A DNA stretch of 53,904 nucleotides, filler included, from Basidioascus undulatus (taxonomy: Eukaryota), in assembly GCA_000826855.1 (NCBI GenBank). It is 4 parts of 4 records of this genome, joined end to end, with 100 filler letters (N's around TTAATTAATTAA, not from the genome) between each part and the next. Parts side by side here need not be neighbours in the genome. Positions count along the whole stretch, not along the records: positions 27,026 to 40,417 come from JTLS01000816.1; positions 40,518 to 53,904 come from JTLS01000817.1; 2 more parts are not named here. One strand, written 5' to 3'. Below are positions 29,335 to 41,772 of this stretch, piece by piece. The notes under the pieces were generated by a model, which was not told the DNA's origin, did no database searches, and saw only the letters and a list, made by a program, of their open reading frames with translations. A program made the position numbers and the translations under genes. Every line of letters starts with the position of its first letter. Within the stretch, counting starts at the first letter, position 1.

Positions 29335-32300
29335 TCACTCGATCTGGAACGTAAGCACCGTGACGCTCTGCCCGGAGATCGAGTGGTTGAGCGACTTCGT
29401 GTCCGGGTACGCAAACGTCTCGTAGTTGGGCGTGACGGCGAAGGGATTCTCAGGGGTGTTCCTGCCATCCGCTTTGATTTCAGGAAAAGCACAGAAGGAA
29501 CATGAGGGGAGAGTGCGGAACGCACGAGATGTTGTACTGCCCATTTGCGATGTACGAGGACGAATAATACGGCTTGACGGCGAAGTCGTCGAAGAAGAGG
29601 CGGACAGTAATAGAAGTCCTGTATTATAACCTTAGTAATGGGCCTGGAGTATGTGCAAAGAAAGCTTGAGGGACATACCTCTCTGTGTTGGCGATCTTCA
29701 GATGTCGGACAGACTGTCAGTCCATGCCTACATTCTCAGCTCGACGGACATGCGCACCTTGATAAACAAAGTCTTGTCCGTCTCATGGTGTGAGACCGAC
29801 CAGAAAAGCGGGCTGTACTCGAGCGACGACACAGGCGAGGTTTGGAGGACGTGCGTGCCGCGGTTGGCCGAGAACAGCTGCGAGTTTCAGGGCCTCAACA
29901 TACTTGACAAGATTACTGCACTAAAATGGGAGATAGTCTCACTTGTTGAGTGTAGTAGGAGGTTGACAAGATCATCTGCGTCGCGTCGTAGCTGATCATG
30001 TCTGGGGTCCATTGCGTGTTGCGGAGATGGTTGAGGCTTGGCGCGTCTGATAGATTTCAATGAAGGAATTACAGCTAATTTTTGGAAAAAAAAATTATAC
30101 ATTGCGGAACTTACAAGCTGAAGCGAAGACAATGTCGGTGTTGCGCTCGCTGAGGGTCGCTCAATCGTCAGCTGCAGCCTTCAACCCCAGCAAAGGGAAC
30201 GCCTACACGCCAGTCAAATAGGCCGCCTCGCTGTCCCCAGTCCATTAATTTAGTCCACGGTCTTTTTCCCAACCTTATGTCCGCCGTTACGTACGCCACC
30301 GATGCTTGTAAAGTCGGGAACTCGAACCGACCGTCGCCAATGACGCCCAGAGGGTTGTCCTCGTTCATCGACGTCGCAGCACTATTACATGTGAAATTTA
30401 GGTAATGCACCAAAATTCAGGATACAAAGTTTATCTTACTATTCGCCTTCAAAAATTTGTGTGCCGTTGCGGGTGAAGTTGTCATACAGCTGAGGTGTCT
30501 CTAATCAGCGAGACGGCTGCGATGCACGCGTGCTCGGATATCGACTCACAACCGAGTTCTCAATGAACCACCTCGGCGTATCGTAAACTGTTTATAATAA
30601 AGACAGTTAGAGTGACAGTCCCCACGCCCTTGCTCCTTCTCTTACCATGTCTGTCGATGTAAGTGTAACTGCAGCAAGCGGTCTCGTAAACACAAACTGA
30701 GCGGAAAGAGGTGTGTGGCATTCACTCCGAGTCCAGTTTCTGACTCATGAGGGAGGTAGCGATGAATTTGATGTCCGGGAAGGCCTCGCCCAGCTGGGTG
30801 CGGAAGTGCCTCCAGCGGTAGTAGTACGACCTGAGTGAACTTGGTTACTACGAAGACGCCAGAGTGCGAAAGGGAAGAAATGCTCACTCTTCCCCGAACC
30901 AATCCTCATTGCCGATTTCGACAAAGTTGAGCTTGAATGGCTCGGGGTGCCCGTATTCCGCACGCAGAGCTGCCCACTTGTTGGTGGATGCGTCACCGAC
31001 GACGAAGTTGATCTGCGGAAGGATTAAAGAGTCAGCTAAAGCATTATTGCGCATCATGCCTAACCGTCAGGCTTGCCTGATCGATCTGTAGAGGGACGAG
31101 GTTATCTTCAGAGCCTCAGAAGGGAGATAGAGAGCCTCTCTTACCGCCTGGTCGATGTAAGGCTGGAGCTCGTCTTCATGCACCGTAGGCCAACCGACAA
31201 GCTGTTCAGAGAGCGAGCCGGTCAGCCCAGTCACTGATCGTAAGGCAAGTCCAGGCACATTGCTGTAGTTCTGGATCGACAGGCCGGCCCACACGCCCAT
31301 GATAGGCTCCATCTGTGAACCGACCGGGGGCTTCAGCATTCATCAAGAGACAAGCGGTACAAAACACTACGCTTACCGAGAGGTCTTCACACCATTCCAG
31401 GTATTCAAGGAGACCCAGACCATCCTGTACTCAAATGGGTGTCAGTGAATGTATGCTGGAAAACTTCGCTCCTGAAGAAATAAGCATACGGTGTTCGGGT
31501 ATGCTGCATTGAGAGAGTGTTGCGATGTCAGTATGCACATTGACTTGGATATTCGTGAGAGGACTTACTCCAATCTCCCACCCGACCGGGACGGGTTTCG
31601 AGAGGCCCCTGTGTTTTGGGTACCGTCGGTCGGTTTAGAGACTACAATCGTGTCGCCGGAAGAAGAGAGACGTACGATTGTGAGGTTCCACTGCCAGCGC
31701 TCTTCTATAGTCTGGCCTTCGAGGTTGTTGCCGCCCTGAAACCCCCTTGTCAGTGCAACTCTTGAATGATGGCGCTCGTTCTAAATACTGGGAAGCGGAA
31801 GATGCTGGGACGGGTGCCAGCCAAGGCCTCAGCCAGGTCGATCCTCAAACCGTTCTCACGACCACGGAAGGTAGGCGGGAAAAGCGAGAAGAACCCGAAG
31901 TCTATAAGTGGCGGCTTCAGCCGTTCGGTACAGAAACCTACTAGATACAACAGCCACTCACAGATGGTCTGCCCAGCAGCTTCTTCACCCTCGACCTCCA
32001 CAACGAACACGTTCTGGCCGTGTGAAGCCGACTTTTCCGGGTTGAACTCGAAGTTGAACTTCCTCCACTCCTGTCCGACAGAGCCGCCCTCGATGCTGGC
32101 GGTCGCGAAGACCTCTCCGGCAGTGGAGCGCAGGGAGAGGGAGACTGTGCCACTGAACGAGTCGGAGCGGACGTAGAGGTGCGCGGTGTACTTCCAGCCT
32201 TGCTGGACCTTCATGCCTGTCAGGGTCGACATTTGTACCGAGTCAACGAGCCGTGTAGTAGTGATGTTGAGGAAATGATAGACCAACCCCAGTAACCGGT

Positions 32301-32990
32301 GTTTTGGAACCCGATCTTGCCCTTGGTGTTCTTCGGAATGTCGACCTTGAGGCTGTTGGGCAGCGCCTCGGATACGCCGGGGATGCGGTCGGTTACGCTG
32401 AGCCACGCCCCGTTGCGAGACTCCCAGCCGTAAAGACTGACAATGAAGAGTTGGTCTGTGGAAGACTGGCTGAGGGATGGCAGGAGCTCACGCCGAATGC
32501 GAGTGGGGGATGACCTTCTGGAAGCTGTGGTCGCAGAGGAAGACACTGTTCAGAACGCGTCCGTCAAGGAACGAATGAGACGCTTGCGCACGCTCGGTTC
32601 TGCAGTAGCTCCGCATATAACCCGCCTGAAAGGAAAGGCCAAAGTGAGTGTCCTGTTTATAACGTAGAGCGCAAACTGCTTACCGTCGCCGCTCCAGTTG
32701 ATGTCCTCTGCAACCAGCACTTCAGCGCCAGTCCTTCCCTTACAGGTCACAGCACTATGAAGCACCATACATCTGACAGAGGAGAATCCGTGAGCTCAGT
32801 GGCCGGAACACTATCACAGTGCATTGACACGCACATAGCCATACAGCGTCGGACTCAAGGGCTTCGCATCCTGAGCCGAGATGTGAAGCTGCAGCGTGTC
32901 AGGCGGGACGATGTCCCGCTTCTGCGCGGGCGTGGGCTTTGCGTTGGAGGCAAGGACGAGCGCGAGAACGCCCAGGAGCTTGGCACGCAT
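29335..32990 (-). CDS. Secreted alpha-L-arabinofuranosidase, glycoside hydrolase family 51, very intron-rich
   Basis: Signal peptide MRAKLLGVLALVLAS; EDINWSGDGGLYAELLQNRAF, FSLFPPTFRGRENGLRIDLAEAL, FRFPGGNNLEG, MEPIMGVWAG, EIGNED; C-terminus SVTVLTFQIE*. Confidence 0.92.
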
Positions 32991-34667
32991 GGTGGAGGAG
33001 AGTGATGCTGATTTCGTTGGATGAGGGAAGTCTGCTGAAGGACAGCGTCCATGAAGCCAACTTGTACCTCTTCGATCGACCCACGCTGGCTTGGTATTCC
33101 TTGGACATTTACAGACCGTAACGCCATTCTGTGCGTCGGTAAAACACCGACGTGGAGCTGAATGGTCAGACGAGCGATCATCACTTCTCGAAAGAACACA
33201 GTCGAAGCTGGGAAGTACTACTTCGTCTACGATGCGGCCGCGTGCGTTGGGGTCGACTGCATCCCAGCCCACGACAGCCAGCCTTCTCAACGGAGCGCGA
33301 GGGAGCATCGCAAGCCGAACCAGACTCATACTGTAGTTCCGCAGCTACTGTAAGCCGGGTTTCCAACTCCACCAGGAGGGTGCGTGAAACAGTAGCCCGA
33401 GGGTCAGGAAGGCGCTGCGAAGGACAAGAGGAAAACAGATGGCAGGAGCGTAAGAACAGCGAGACTTCGGCCCCTCAGTGCTGCTGAAGACCTTGCGGGA
33501 CATACGCGTTGGGCAGAGCGATCAGCAGGGGAGGCAGGGCGCGTGACGAGTTACGAGCGTTCAAAGAAGGCGGTGCGAATGACGAGGGGACGGGAAAGTG
33601 AAAATAACGCGCGCCGACAAGCTTGCGGGGCCGTTGATGCCCGCGCTGTGCGGTAGGCACGGAGAAGTGGAAGGGGGAGGTGAAACGTTCGGGCGACGAG
33701 CTTTGAGCGCGGGTAAGCTGCGACGGGCAAGATGGGCGGCGTGGTAGGTGCGCGAGAAAATGATAAGGGGTGCCAGCATCAAGCGCGCCTGCGGTGCAAA
33801 GAACCCGCGGGGCATGGCTGCTGGAAGGGGGAAGAAAAGCCCTAGTTATGATCAAGAGCTGGATGCGGGAGAGAGGGTGCATAGCTCGCGCCCCAGGAGC
33901 GGATGAACAGGGCGGCCGAAGAGCTGGCCGAGTGGTATGAACAGCACAGTTCGGCCTCTTCAAGTGCGGTTGTGCGTGGATGGAGCGCAGAGGAACTTGT
34001 CATGCGCGATGTGGGGGCTCTGCCACTACGAGCCGGGAGGCGAGGCCTCACTCCGTCTGGCGTACCCTCCCTGCTCCCTTGCTCCCCTGTGCGCTTTTGT
34101 AAAACCCCCCTGCAGACGTCTATGAGTTCCAATTGAACGCAGACGCGGTGAAGTGCCCGCGGGAGAAAATGGGCTATCGGCAGGGGAGAAGGGACGTGGC
34201 CTGCGATGCATGAGAAACAGTCGACAGCCAGCTGCGTGCAGGTCTCCCACGTGAACCGGGTGAACTGCGATAGCGACCTCGGACGATGCGAGCGTTTGGG
34301 CTAGCGTGTAGTGAGTGAGTTGGTGGATGGGGGTGTGCATGCAAAATGCGGAGGTGGACAACGGGTGGAGCCGCTCAGGATGGGAGGTGGTGACCCAAGT
34401 GCGAGAATGAGGTGCGAACATGATGTACGAGTGGAGGGAGACTGGTCGAGAGTGAAGGGAAGGAAGGTGGGCGAGTCTGGGCGAGTCAAGTGCGGTATGA
34501 GGTGAATGTCGATCGATCGAAAAGGACATGAGGCGTGAGTGCGATGATCAAGCGAACAGTCGAGAGCATGCAAAGAAATATTCAATCTGCGGATGGGAGG
34601 AGCGGATGAGCGCCACGGGATTCTGAAGGGGACAGGACAGCCGAAACGTACCTATCATCGTCAACCC

Positions 34668-35321
34668 TCAAACGACCTAGCCCCGCCGTCAAATGCCATC
34701 AGCGCTCGTTCCCTTCTCCCACCAGCCAGTCATCACCCCAGACCAACCGCCCACTTACCTTCGGTGCGACACTAACGATCTTCCCCCACCCCTTGGCCCT
34801 CAGCTCCTGCGCGACCACTCCACCAATGCGCGTCCCGAGCAGCTCCTTCTTTGCGTTCAAGAGCACGCCGGCGTTGTCGTCGAAGCGGACGTAGCGGCCG
34901 TCCGGGCGGCGGATGGGCTGCTTGGTGCGCACGATCAGCGCACGGCGGAGATCGCCCCTCCGTATCTTGTTCGCCGCTGCGGGCGAGTTGGGGTTGATGT
35001 TGCTGTTTTGCGGGATGGGACGCGCTTTTTGGATCACGACTGTTACTTCATCGCCTGGGGGTCGAGCGGAGAGGGGATGAGTGAGGGGGTGGGAGAGGAG
35101 AGGTTGGATGGGAGGCGTTGGGGAAAGGGGGGAAGACTCACCGACTGTTGCGACACCCGGGACGGACTTTGCTTTGAGGACGTTGACGACCTCGGCGATG
35201 AGGGCGCCAGAGTTGTCGATGATCTGCGCCCGCGCCCGCCCCCAGTTCTCAGTCTCCAGATCCAGCTTCTCTCTCCCAACACAGCCTAGCGCACGTTGAT
35301 GGTGCTCTTGAGACCGAGCAT
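34668..35321 (-). CDS. MRPL38: Mitochondrial ribosomal protein uL14m
   Basis: [24 protein letters not shown]...[29 protein letters not shown]...[17 protein letters not shown]; three introns. Confidence 0.93.
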
Positions 35322-35662
35322 CGTGTAAGCGAGTGGGTGGGGTGAAAGAGTGTTACGAGAGTCGAGGGGGTCAGGAGAGAAGGCACCCGAGAAGACAGTC
35401 GGGCCGGAGGCATTCGAGGCCAAGTTGAATGAACTCTTTTTGCCGATGATTGAAGCATTATCGCCGAGAGCAGCTCGCGCTTGAACGCGTCCTACACCGT
35501 CATCCACCATTCTCCTCATCAACTTGTCTTGTCTTGTCTTTACTGCAACAGACCACAACAAATCCGCGGCCTTTATCGCACTCATCGTCGGCGCGGGGCT
35601 CAGGCTCCCCAAGTTCCGCCAGTTCCAACCACCCCATTACACCGGCACCGGTGGCCACCGCC

Positions 35663-36969
35663 ATGCCGCCCCCGCCCGAGTCCTTCTTCACGCCCCAGCA
35701 GCAGAAGCGCACCACCCTCTCAGTCGCCGCCGCACCAAACCCAGCATTTACCACCGGCGCAGCACCAACATCCTCGTCCTTTGTACCCCCATCCACCCTC
35801 AAACGCTCCGCGAGCTCAGCCAGACTCGACCATGGTCCGTTCCCCCTTCCCCCTCACCCATCTCCACCCGTCTTCCCCTTTCAAACAACACAGAGCCGCA
35901 CTGACAACCCCCCCACAGACCCAGACATCCAGTCCGCCAAGCGCCAACTAAAGCAAGCGACGTTCGAAGCGTCCATGTCGAAATCGTCCTTCGAGCGCAA
36001 GCACCTTGCGTTCGAGACGGCCAAGCGCGAGCTCGAGCTCGCACTCAAGGAGCGCGACGGCCGCATCGACCGCCTCGAGAAGGACCGGCGCTTCCTTGCC
36101 GAGCGCGAGCGCGAGGAGCGCGAGGGAAGGGAGCGCGCGGAGGAGGCTGCGCGGAACCAGCGGGTGCGCTATCATTCCCATCCCGTCACCATCCTTCTGG
36201 GCCGGACTCTGAGGAAATTATGTAGTTGGAGCTGGACCGCACAATCCTCTCCCTCCGACAGCAGCTCTCCACGCTGCGGGAGGAGCACTACAGTTTATCA
36301 TCCTCCTACTCGGACCTGCAGCACTCGTCCTCGCAGGCGACCGCGCGCCTCGAGTCCGCCGTCGCGGGGCTGCAGCGCCAGGCGGCCGCGCTCGAGGACG
36401 ACCTCGCGTCGACGCGCGAGGTGTCGGACCAGCGCCAGGCGCTGCTCGAGCAGACGCGCAGGGAGATGGACCGTCTTGAGGAGGAAATCGCTGCTGGGCG
36501 AGGTGGCGCGGGGAGCGAGGAGACGAACAGCGTCGTGAGGGAGGAGCTGCATCGTGAGTATCTTCTTCTTCCTTACCCCTAGCTTTCCCTCTTCTCCAGT
36601 GGGACTTGCCTTGACTGACCTCGCCCTTCCCTGCAGGACAAGCCTCCTACCTCCGCACGCTCGAGTCCTCCAACGCCCGCCTGCAAACGGAACTCACCAC
36701 CCTGCGCGAGCGCGCGAGCAACGTCGACGTCCTCCGCGAGGAGAAGAAGTCGCTCGAGCGGCGCCTGCGGTCTGTCGACGAGCTGCGGAACAAGCTCGCG
36801 GACGTCGAGGCGGAGCGGGACTCGCTCCTCCGGGAGCGGCAAGAATGGTTCGTTCACCGCCCTATCCTCCTTTCATCCACAAACTTTTAAAGAATGCGGA
36901 GAACTGACATGCCCCGGCTGCTCCAGGTCCCAGTACCTCCAAACCACCGAGTCATTCTCCAGAAAATAA
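35663..36969 (+). CDS. MAD1: Spindle checkpoint protein MAD1, N-terminal half only (ends abruptly)
   Basis: Coiled coil with LEKDRRFLAERE, VVREELHRQASYLRTLE, NVDVLREEKKSLERRL, LLRERQEW typical of fungal Mad1; runs into TAA at 36967-36969 with no C-terminal domain. Confidence 0.75.
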
Positions 36970-39761
36970 AATAGAGCGGCAGAGAGAGGAGAGAGAAGGG
37001 GGAAAGGGAAAGGGGAGCGAAGGGCTAAGGGGAAGCGGAACGTACCCGGTCCTGCAGTTTCTGCAGCGCAACGTCCACGAGCTCCGCGACGCGCTGACTC
37101 TCCTCGTGGCTCTGCTCGACCTTCTTCTTGCCGTACCCCAGGCCAGCGAGGACAACGAGGAAGCCCACAAGCTGGCTCCGCCAGCGCTCGAACGACGCGT
37201 ACGCGGCCTTCTTCGCGCGGCAGGCGAGCGTCAGGTCCGCGTTCTTGGCGGCGATGATCGGGCCCTCGCTGCGGGCGGGTCAGTGAGAAAGAACTTGGGA
37301 GAGTAGATGCGGGGCGAAGACGTACGATTCGGAGCCGGGGCCGATCTCGACATCACCGTGCGCCTTGAGGTCCTTCAAAGCGAGGTCCCAGATCTCGCGG
37401 AAGTATGTGTTGTCGAAGCTCGGCTGTCCAGCCCGAGGACTGTTAGCGGATATGCGCGACAACCATCTCATTGCAGGCGAAACACGCACGTCCTTCAGAT
37501 CCAGCGTGTCCTCCCACAGCGTCCTCTCCGACAGTCCATACTTCTCGAGCTCCGTCTTGCCCGCCGCAAGTACGCGCCCGCACTCAACATCTCCCCTCCA
37601 GCGCTCCAGACGCTTCGCGACCTGCCCCGCAAGGTCCGCCACAAGCTCGCGCTTCTCGTTATCAGGTGTGCACGCGGTGGGGAGCGCGACTGGCCCGAGG
37701 CCGGGGAGGCCGTTGAGAAGGCGGTCGACGAGCGGGAGGGCAGAGAGGAGGTTCGGGCGGAGCTTGTACTCTGACGAGCACCCGATGATCTCCCCACCCG
37801 CGCACTTCGCGTGCGGCGGGCACGGCGCGCACGCCGTCGGCTGCGGCATGAAGAGGAACACGGGGGCGTCCTCGACGCTCTCCCCGCGGGCGAGTGCGTC
37901 CCGCGCGCGCACCAGCGCGATCTGGCGTTCCGCAGCGATCGCGTTGGTCGACGAGCCCGTGTCACAGTACCCGATCGAGGCGGACTGGGTCTTGTAGGGC
38001 AGGAGCGCAGCGAGCACGACGAGCACGAGCGCGAAGAGCGACAAATTGCGTGCGCCCCGCGCGAGGTCTTGTCCGCCTACGCGCTTAATCGCGGATGGCC
38101 GGCGCACGACGGCGGCTGCGTCTTGCGGGGCGTGCACGTTAGGGCGCGGACGCTCAGAGAGCGCGAGCTTGCCCTCGACATGGCGGTTGTGCTCCTCCGC
38201 GGCCGCCCGCTCCTTCATGAGCTCGTTGAGCTCGTCGTTGTCCACGGGCTCGAACTCGTCATCCGGGTCCGGCTCGAGCTCGGACGGGTGCTCGGGGACC
38301 TCCTCGGCCGGCGCAGGCTTGAGCGGGGAGGAGACGCGGCGCGCGAGCGCGACGGGTGCGGGTGCGGGGGTGGGGCGCGATGTCGAGGCGGAGGTGCGCA
38401 GCGAGTCGAGCGGAACCATGTACCGCTGCATGACGGGCGTGGGGGCGCTCGGGGGCACCCTCGCTTGCGCCGGCGGGCGAGACGGCGTGTCGTCGGGGGA
38501 GACGGGGGAGTCGAACGCGGTCGCACGCGGCAGTGCGATCCGGCTGATGGGCGTTGGCAGTTCGGAGTGTCGGCGGTTGGTGCTCTGCCTTGGAGCGAGG
38601 GAGGTCTGCGAACGCCAGCACGTCAGACACGGGTGAGTAGGAATGGAAAGTGCTATGCGGGAATGGCGTACCTTGCGGCGGTCATTCTTGGTGGAATAGC
38701 CGGGCGAAGATCCCTCGCCGCCGCTCTGGAAAGGGTTGTAGTCGCTGAACGCGCTCTCAGTTTCTTGCAGCAAGGCGCGCTAGAGAGTTCCCCGGCATGT
38801 TAGCAATCAAAACGGTAAGAAAGTCGTCAGATGAGCCTTACGCTGGTACTCGCTGGCGGAGGAGATGGCCGAGCTGCGGCCTGTTGAGCAATTTGAGCAT
38901 TCGGGGCGCGAGGATCAACCAATATATGAGACAACGCACGCTCTTCTTCCGCGTCGGTTTCTGCGGCGTGTCCATCTCACTCTCCTCCGGTGGGAGAGCT
39001 GCAGGCGCGGTCTTGCGCGGGCGACCCCTCGAGCGCTTCACAGGCGGCTGCCATCCCAATGTCAACCGTGTTTTCGCCCATATCGCGCGGCAAGTTAACG
39101 CACCTGCTCCTCCACGACATCCTCGTCGTCCTCCTCATCCCCACCCTCGCTCTCCCGTTCCAGGTCCGCCTGCTCGCGCTCCTCCTTCCAGCGCGCCTGA
39201 GCCTCCGCCTCCAGTGCCGAGAGCGACGTCGACGGCGAGCCCCCGATCGTCCTGCGCGGACGTCCGCGGCCGCGCTTGGTCCCTGCGCTGGGCTGCAATC
39301 GTAGCATCGCATCAGCTTCATAAAACTATCGAGAGACGCGTTCCTACGCACAGTGTCCGGCGCTGCTGATCCTTCCGCTGCGGCTGAAGTCTCAGCGACG
39401 ACCGCCATGTCGACACGGGCGTCGATGATCCCCGCGCCGTTCGGCCTGACCCGCGCCTGCTTGGTCAGGAGGTCGGCGGCTTTGGGACGGATGTGCTTGA
39501 TGAACGCGTCGACTAGGTCTGTGGTGTGGACGGGGTTGAGATGGGCACTGTGGCTCGCTGCAGGGATGATGGTATGCACCTGGCTTGCGCGCGGTACTAG
39601 GAAGCGCGATACCTTGCGCCAGCAGTGCGCTGCGGAGCTCAGGCACCTATACGAGTCCAGGATGTTAGCAATAGCGGAGGGTCCATCTCCCGGAGGCACT
39701 GACTGACCTTGTAGATGCTCGGATCAAAGTCCGGCTGGAGATAGACCCTGGGGTCCGCCAT
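36951..39761 (-). CDS. SRC1: Inner nuclear membrane LEM/HeH-MSC protein (SRC1/HEH1/Man1 family), last exon(s) missing
   Basis: N-terminal YLQPDFDP..VPELRSAL HeH domain, SAFSDYNPFQSG motif, TM helix, IGYCDTG, CAPCPPHAKC, second TM then RVAELVDVALQKLQDR before an intron that never closes onto a further exon. Confidence 0.85.
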
Positions 39762-40014
39762 GTATCAGGTTTGACACGTCTAGATGACCGTGAACGAAAT
39801 CGTAGCTGGCGCTGGTCACAAAATACAGCGTCGTTTTGAGGAGATGAAAGTGGCGGGAGCAGAGCGCTGCCCAAACTCCACGTGATATGACCGCATTCCG
39901 CTGTCGGCCTTACTTCCCGTCCATTGAATTCAAGTCTCCGAAAGGCTCCCAGCCCCAGCTTCTCTCACCAGTGCACTCCGCCTTCCTCCCTCACACACCC
40001 ACTCACGCATCGTA

Positions 40015-40417
40015 ATGTTCATCAAGTTCTCAAAAGAAGACATCAGCGGGCAGACGGCGCTCAAGTCGTCCGTCCAGCGCGGCATCCGCAACAAGATCCT
40101 CGAGCAGATGCCCCTCCTCGCGGCCGAGGACGGCGCGCTGCTCGAGAGCATCTGGCCAAAGAAGGAGGCGCTTACGCTTGTCAAGTGGTGAGTCCTGGCG
40201 CCGCAGCGAGACGTTTAGAGTTCCTTGGAGGGCTATGGTGGGAGATGTGGGTGGACGGGGTGGGGAAAGAAACATCCCCGTGCCACAGTGTCCCCGAAAG
40301 CTTACACCAGGGATTGCTCGCAGCCGGGATCACATCTCCATCTTCACTGTTGCCGGCGAGCCCCTCTTCTTCCAACATTTTGACGGACCGTACTATCCCA
40401 CTCTCCGGCTGCTCCAA
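40015..40417 (+). CDS. TMA20: Translation machinery-associated protein 20 (MCT-1 family), 3'-truncated
   Basis: MFIKFSKEDISGQTALKSSVQRGIR...IWPKKEALTLVKC/RDHISI...PLFFQHFDGPYYPTLRLL. Confidence 0.92.
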
Positions 40418-40517
40418 NNNNNNNNNNNNNNNNNNNNNNNNNNNNNNNNNNNNNNNNNNNNTTAATTAATTAANNNNNNNNNNNNNNNNNNNNNNNNNNN
40501 NNNNNNNNNNNNNNNNN
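40418..40517. other. Artificial contig linker
   Basis: N44-TTAATTAATTAA-N44. Confidence 0.98.
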
Positions 40518-41772
40518 CGGAGACAGTCATCTGCGGGACGGACATCAACCAAGTGACGGCGAACGCGAAGGGCGAGCCGGCTGCGGTCGTAGCAGCGGGC
40601 ACTGGTCGGTACGGGGCCGGGGCGGGGGGCATCCAGGACGCGGTCGTCGTGAGGCCCAGCGCGGGCGAGGGGCCCAACCCCGGGTCTGCCAGCAGCGGGG
40701 AAGCCACCGACGGCGGCACCACGGACGTGGATGATCTCCGGGAGCCGACCTCGCTGTTGGTCGGCGAGCGCCCGGCCGTGGAAGACGCGCGACGCTTGGT
40801 CACGGTCGTGAGCGAGAAGTCGATGGTCCCGTCATCGAGCACGGTGTCGCTGATGGAGCGAATGCCCGCGGCCATGGCTTTGGCTGAAGAGAGACTCGCA
40901 CGGCGCGAGCGCGGGGAGAGATGGGTGCGGTAGCTGGTGAAAAGGGTAAAAAGTCGGGTCAGCGACTGTCTGCCTTCGCGATCCTCTTCGCCCCTCGCCC
41001 CTGCGACAACCGCTGCGCCCTTCCAAGGCACAGGGACAGACGCAGACTCACTGCTGCTGGAGGTTGTCCTGTCGGCTGCATCGCGTTGTGCACCCTGCGG
41101 GGTCAATTTCAGAGAAACATCAGCCAGAGCTGCGGAGGGGGGGCGAATGATCGGACCGAGGAGGAGGAGAGAAGACGCACCTGGCCAAGGGCAAGCGTGT
41201 GCGCGCTCGCCGGTGTGGGTTCGCTGATGGCGGGAGAGATGCCCAGACGTGGAGAAGGACTTGTCGCAGGTGGGGCAGACGTGCCGCTTCTTGCCCACGC
41301 TGCTCCCCGGACCCGTCGTCGCGGCGTCTCCGCTCGCAGTCGAGGAGGCTGGAGTGCTCGGTGCGCCTGCGCCGGCGGCCTTTGGCTTGCGATCCTCGAG
41401 CTCCTGGAGGCTTGCTGTGGCAGGTGCTGCGGAGGCCGAGGCTTCACCGGCGGGAGAAGACGCGGACGAGGCCGGGCCGCAGCGGGGCTGCTGGGGCTCG
41501 TGGGTGAGGCCGAGGGCGGGCTTGCAGTCTTGGTCGTCGTCGAGCATGGCGTCGTCGTCGGTACCCAGCGAGGAGGGCGATGGCGATGGGGGCGGGCGGG
41601 AGAGCCTTCTGCGTGAGGAGCGCCTAGCGAGGTGGGGTTGCTGCGCAGCACAAACCGAACTCGAAGTGTTTAGTAGATTTCGAATAGAAATCCTAGATGC
41701 GGTCAAATCGGCCCGGCTGAAGCCGAATCCGCAGTTCGCATAGGACGCCGATGATAGGAGCGACATCATCAT
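40518..41772 (-). CDS. NRG1-like C2H2 zinc-finger transcription factor, 3'-truncated
   Basis: HVCPTCDKSFSTSGHLSRHQRTHTGERAHACPWPG/CTTRCSRQDNLQQH/YRTHLSP across two introns; N-terminal ISIRNLLN motif; start codon uncertain. Confidence 0.85.

Noticed and set aside
33400..34600. Purine/pyrimidine-skewed intergenic stretch as a hidden gene or ncRNA
   Set aside because: No consistent exon chain, protein motif or convincing RNA structure could be read.
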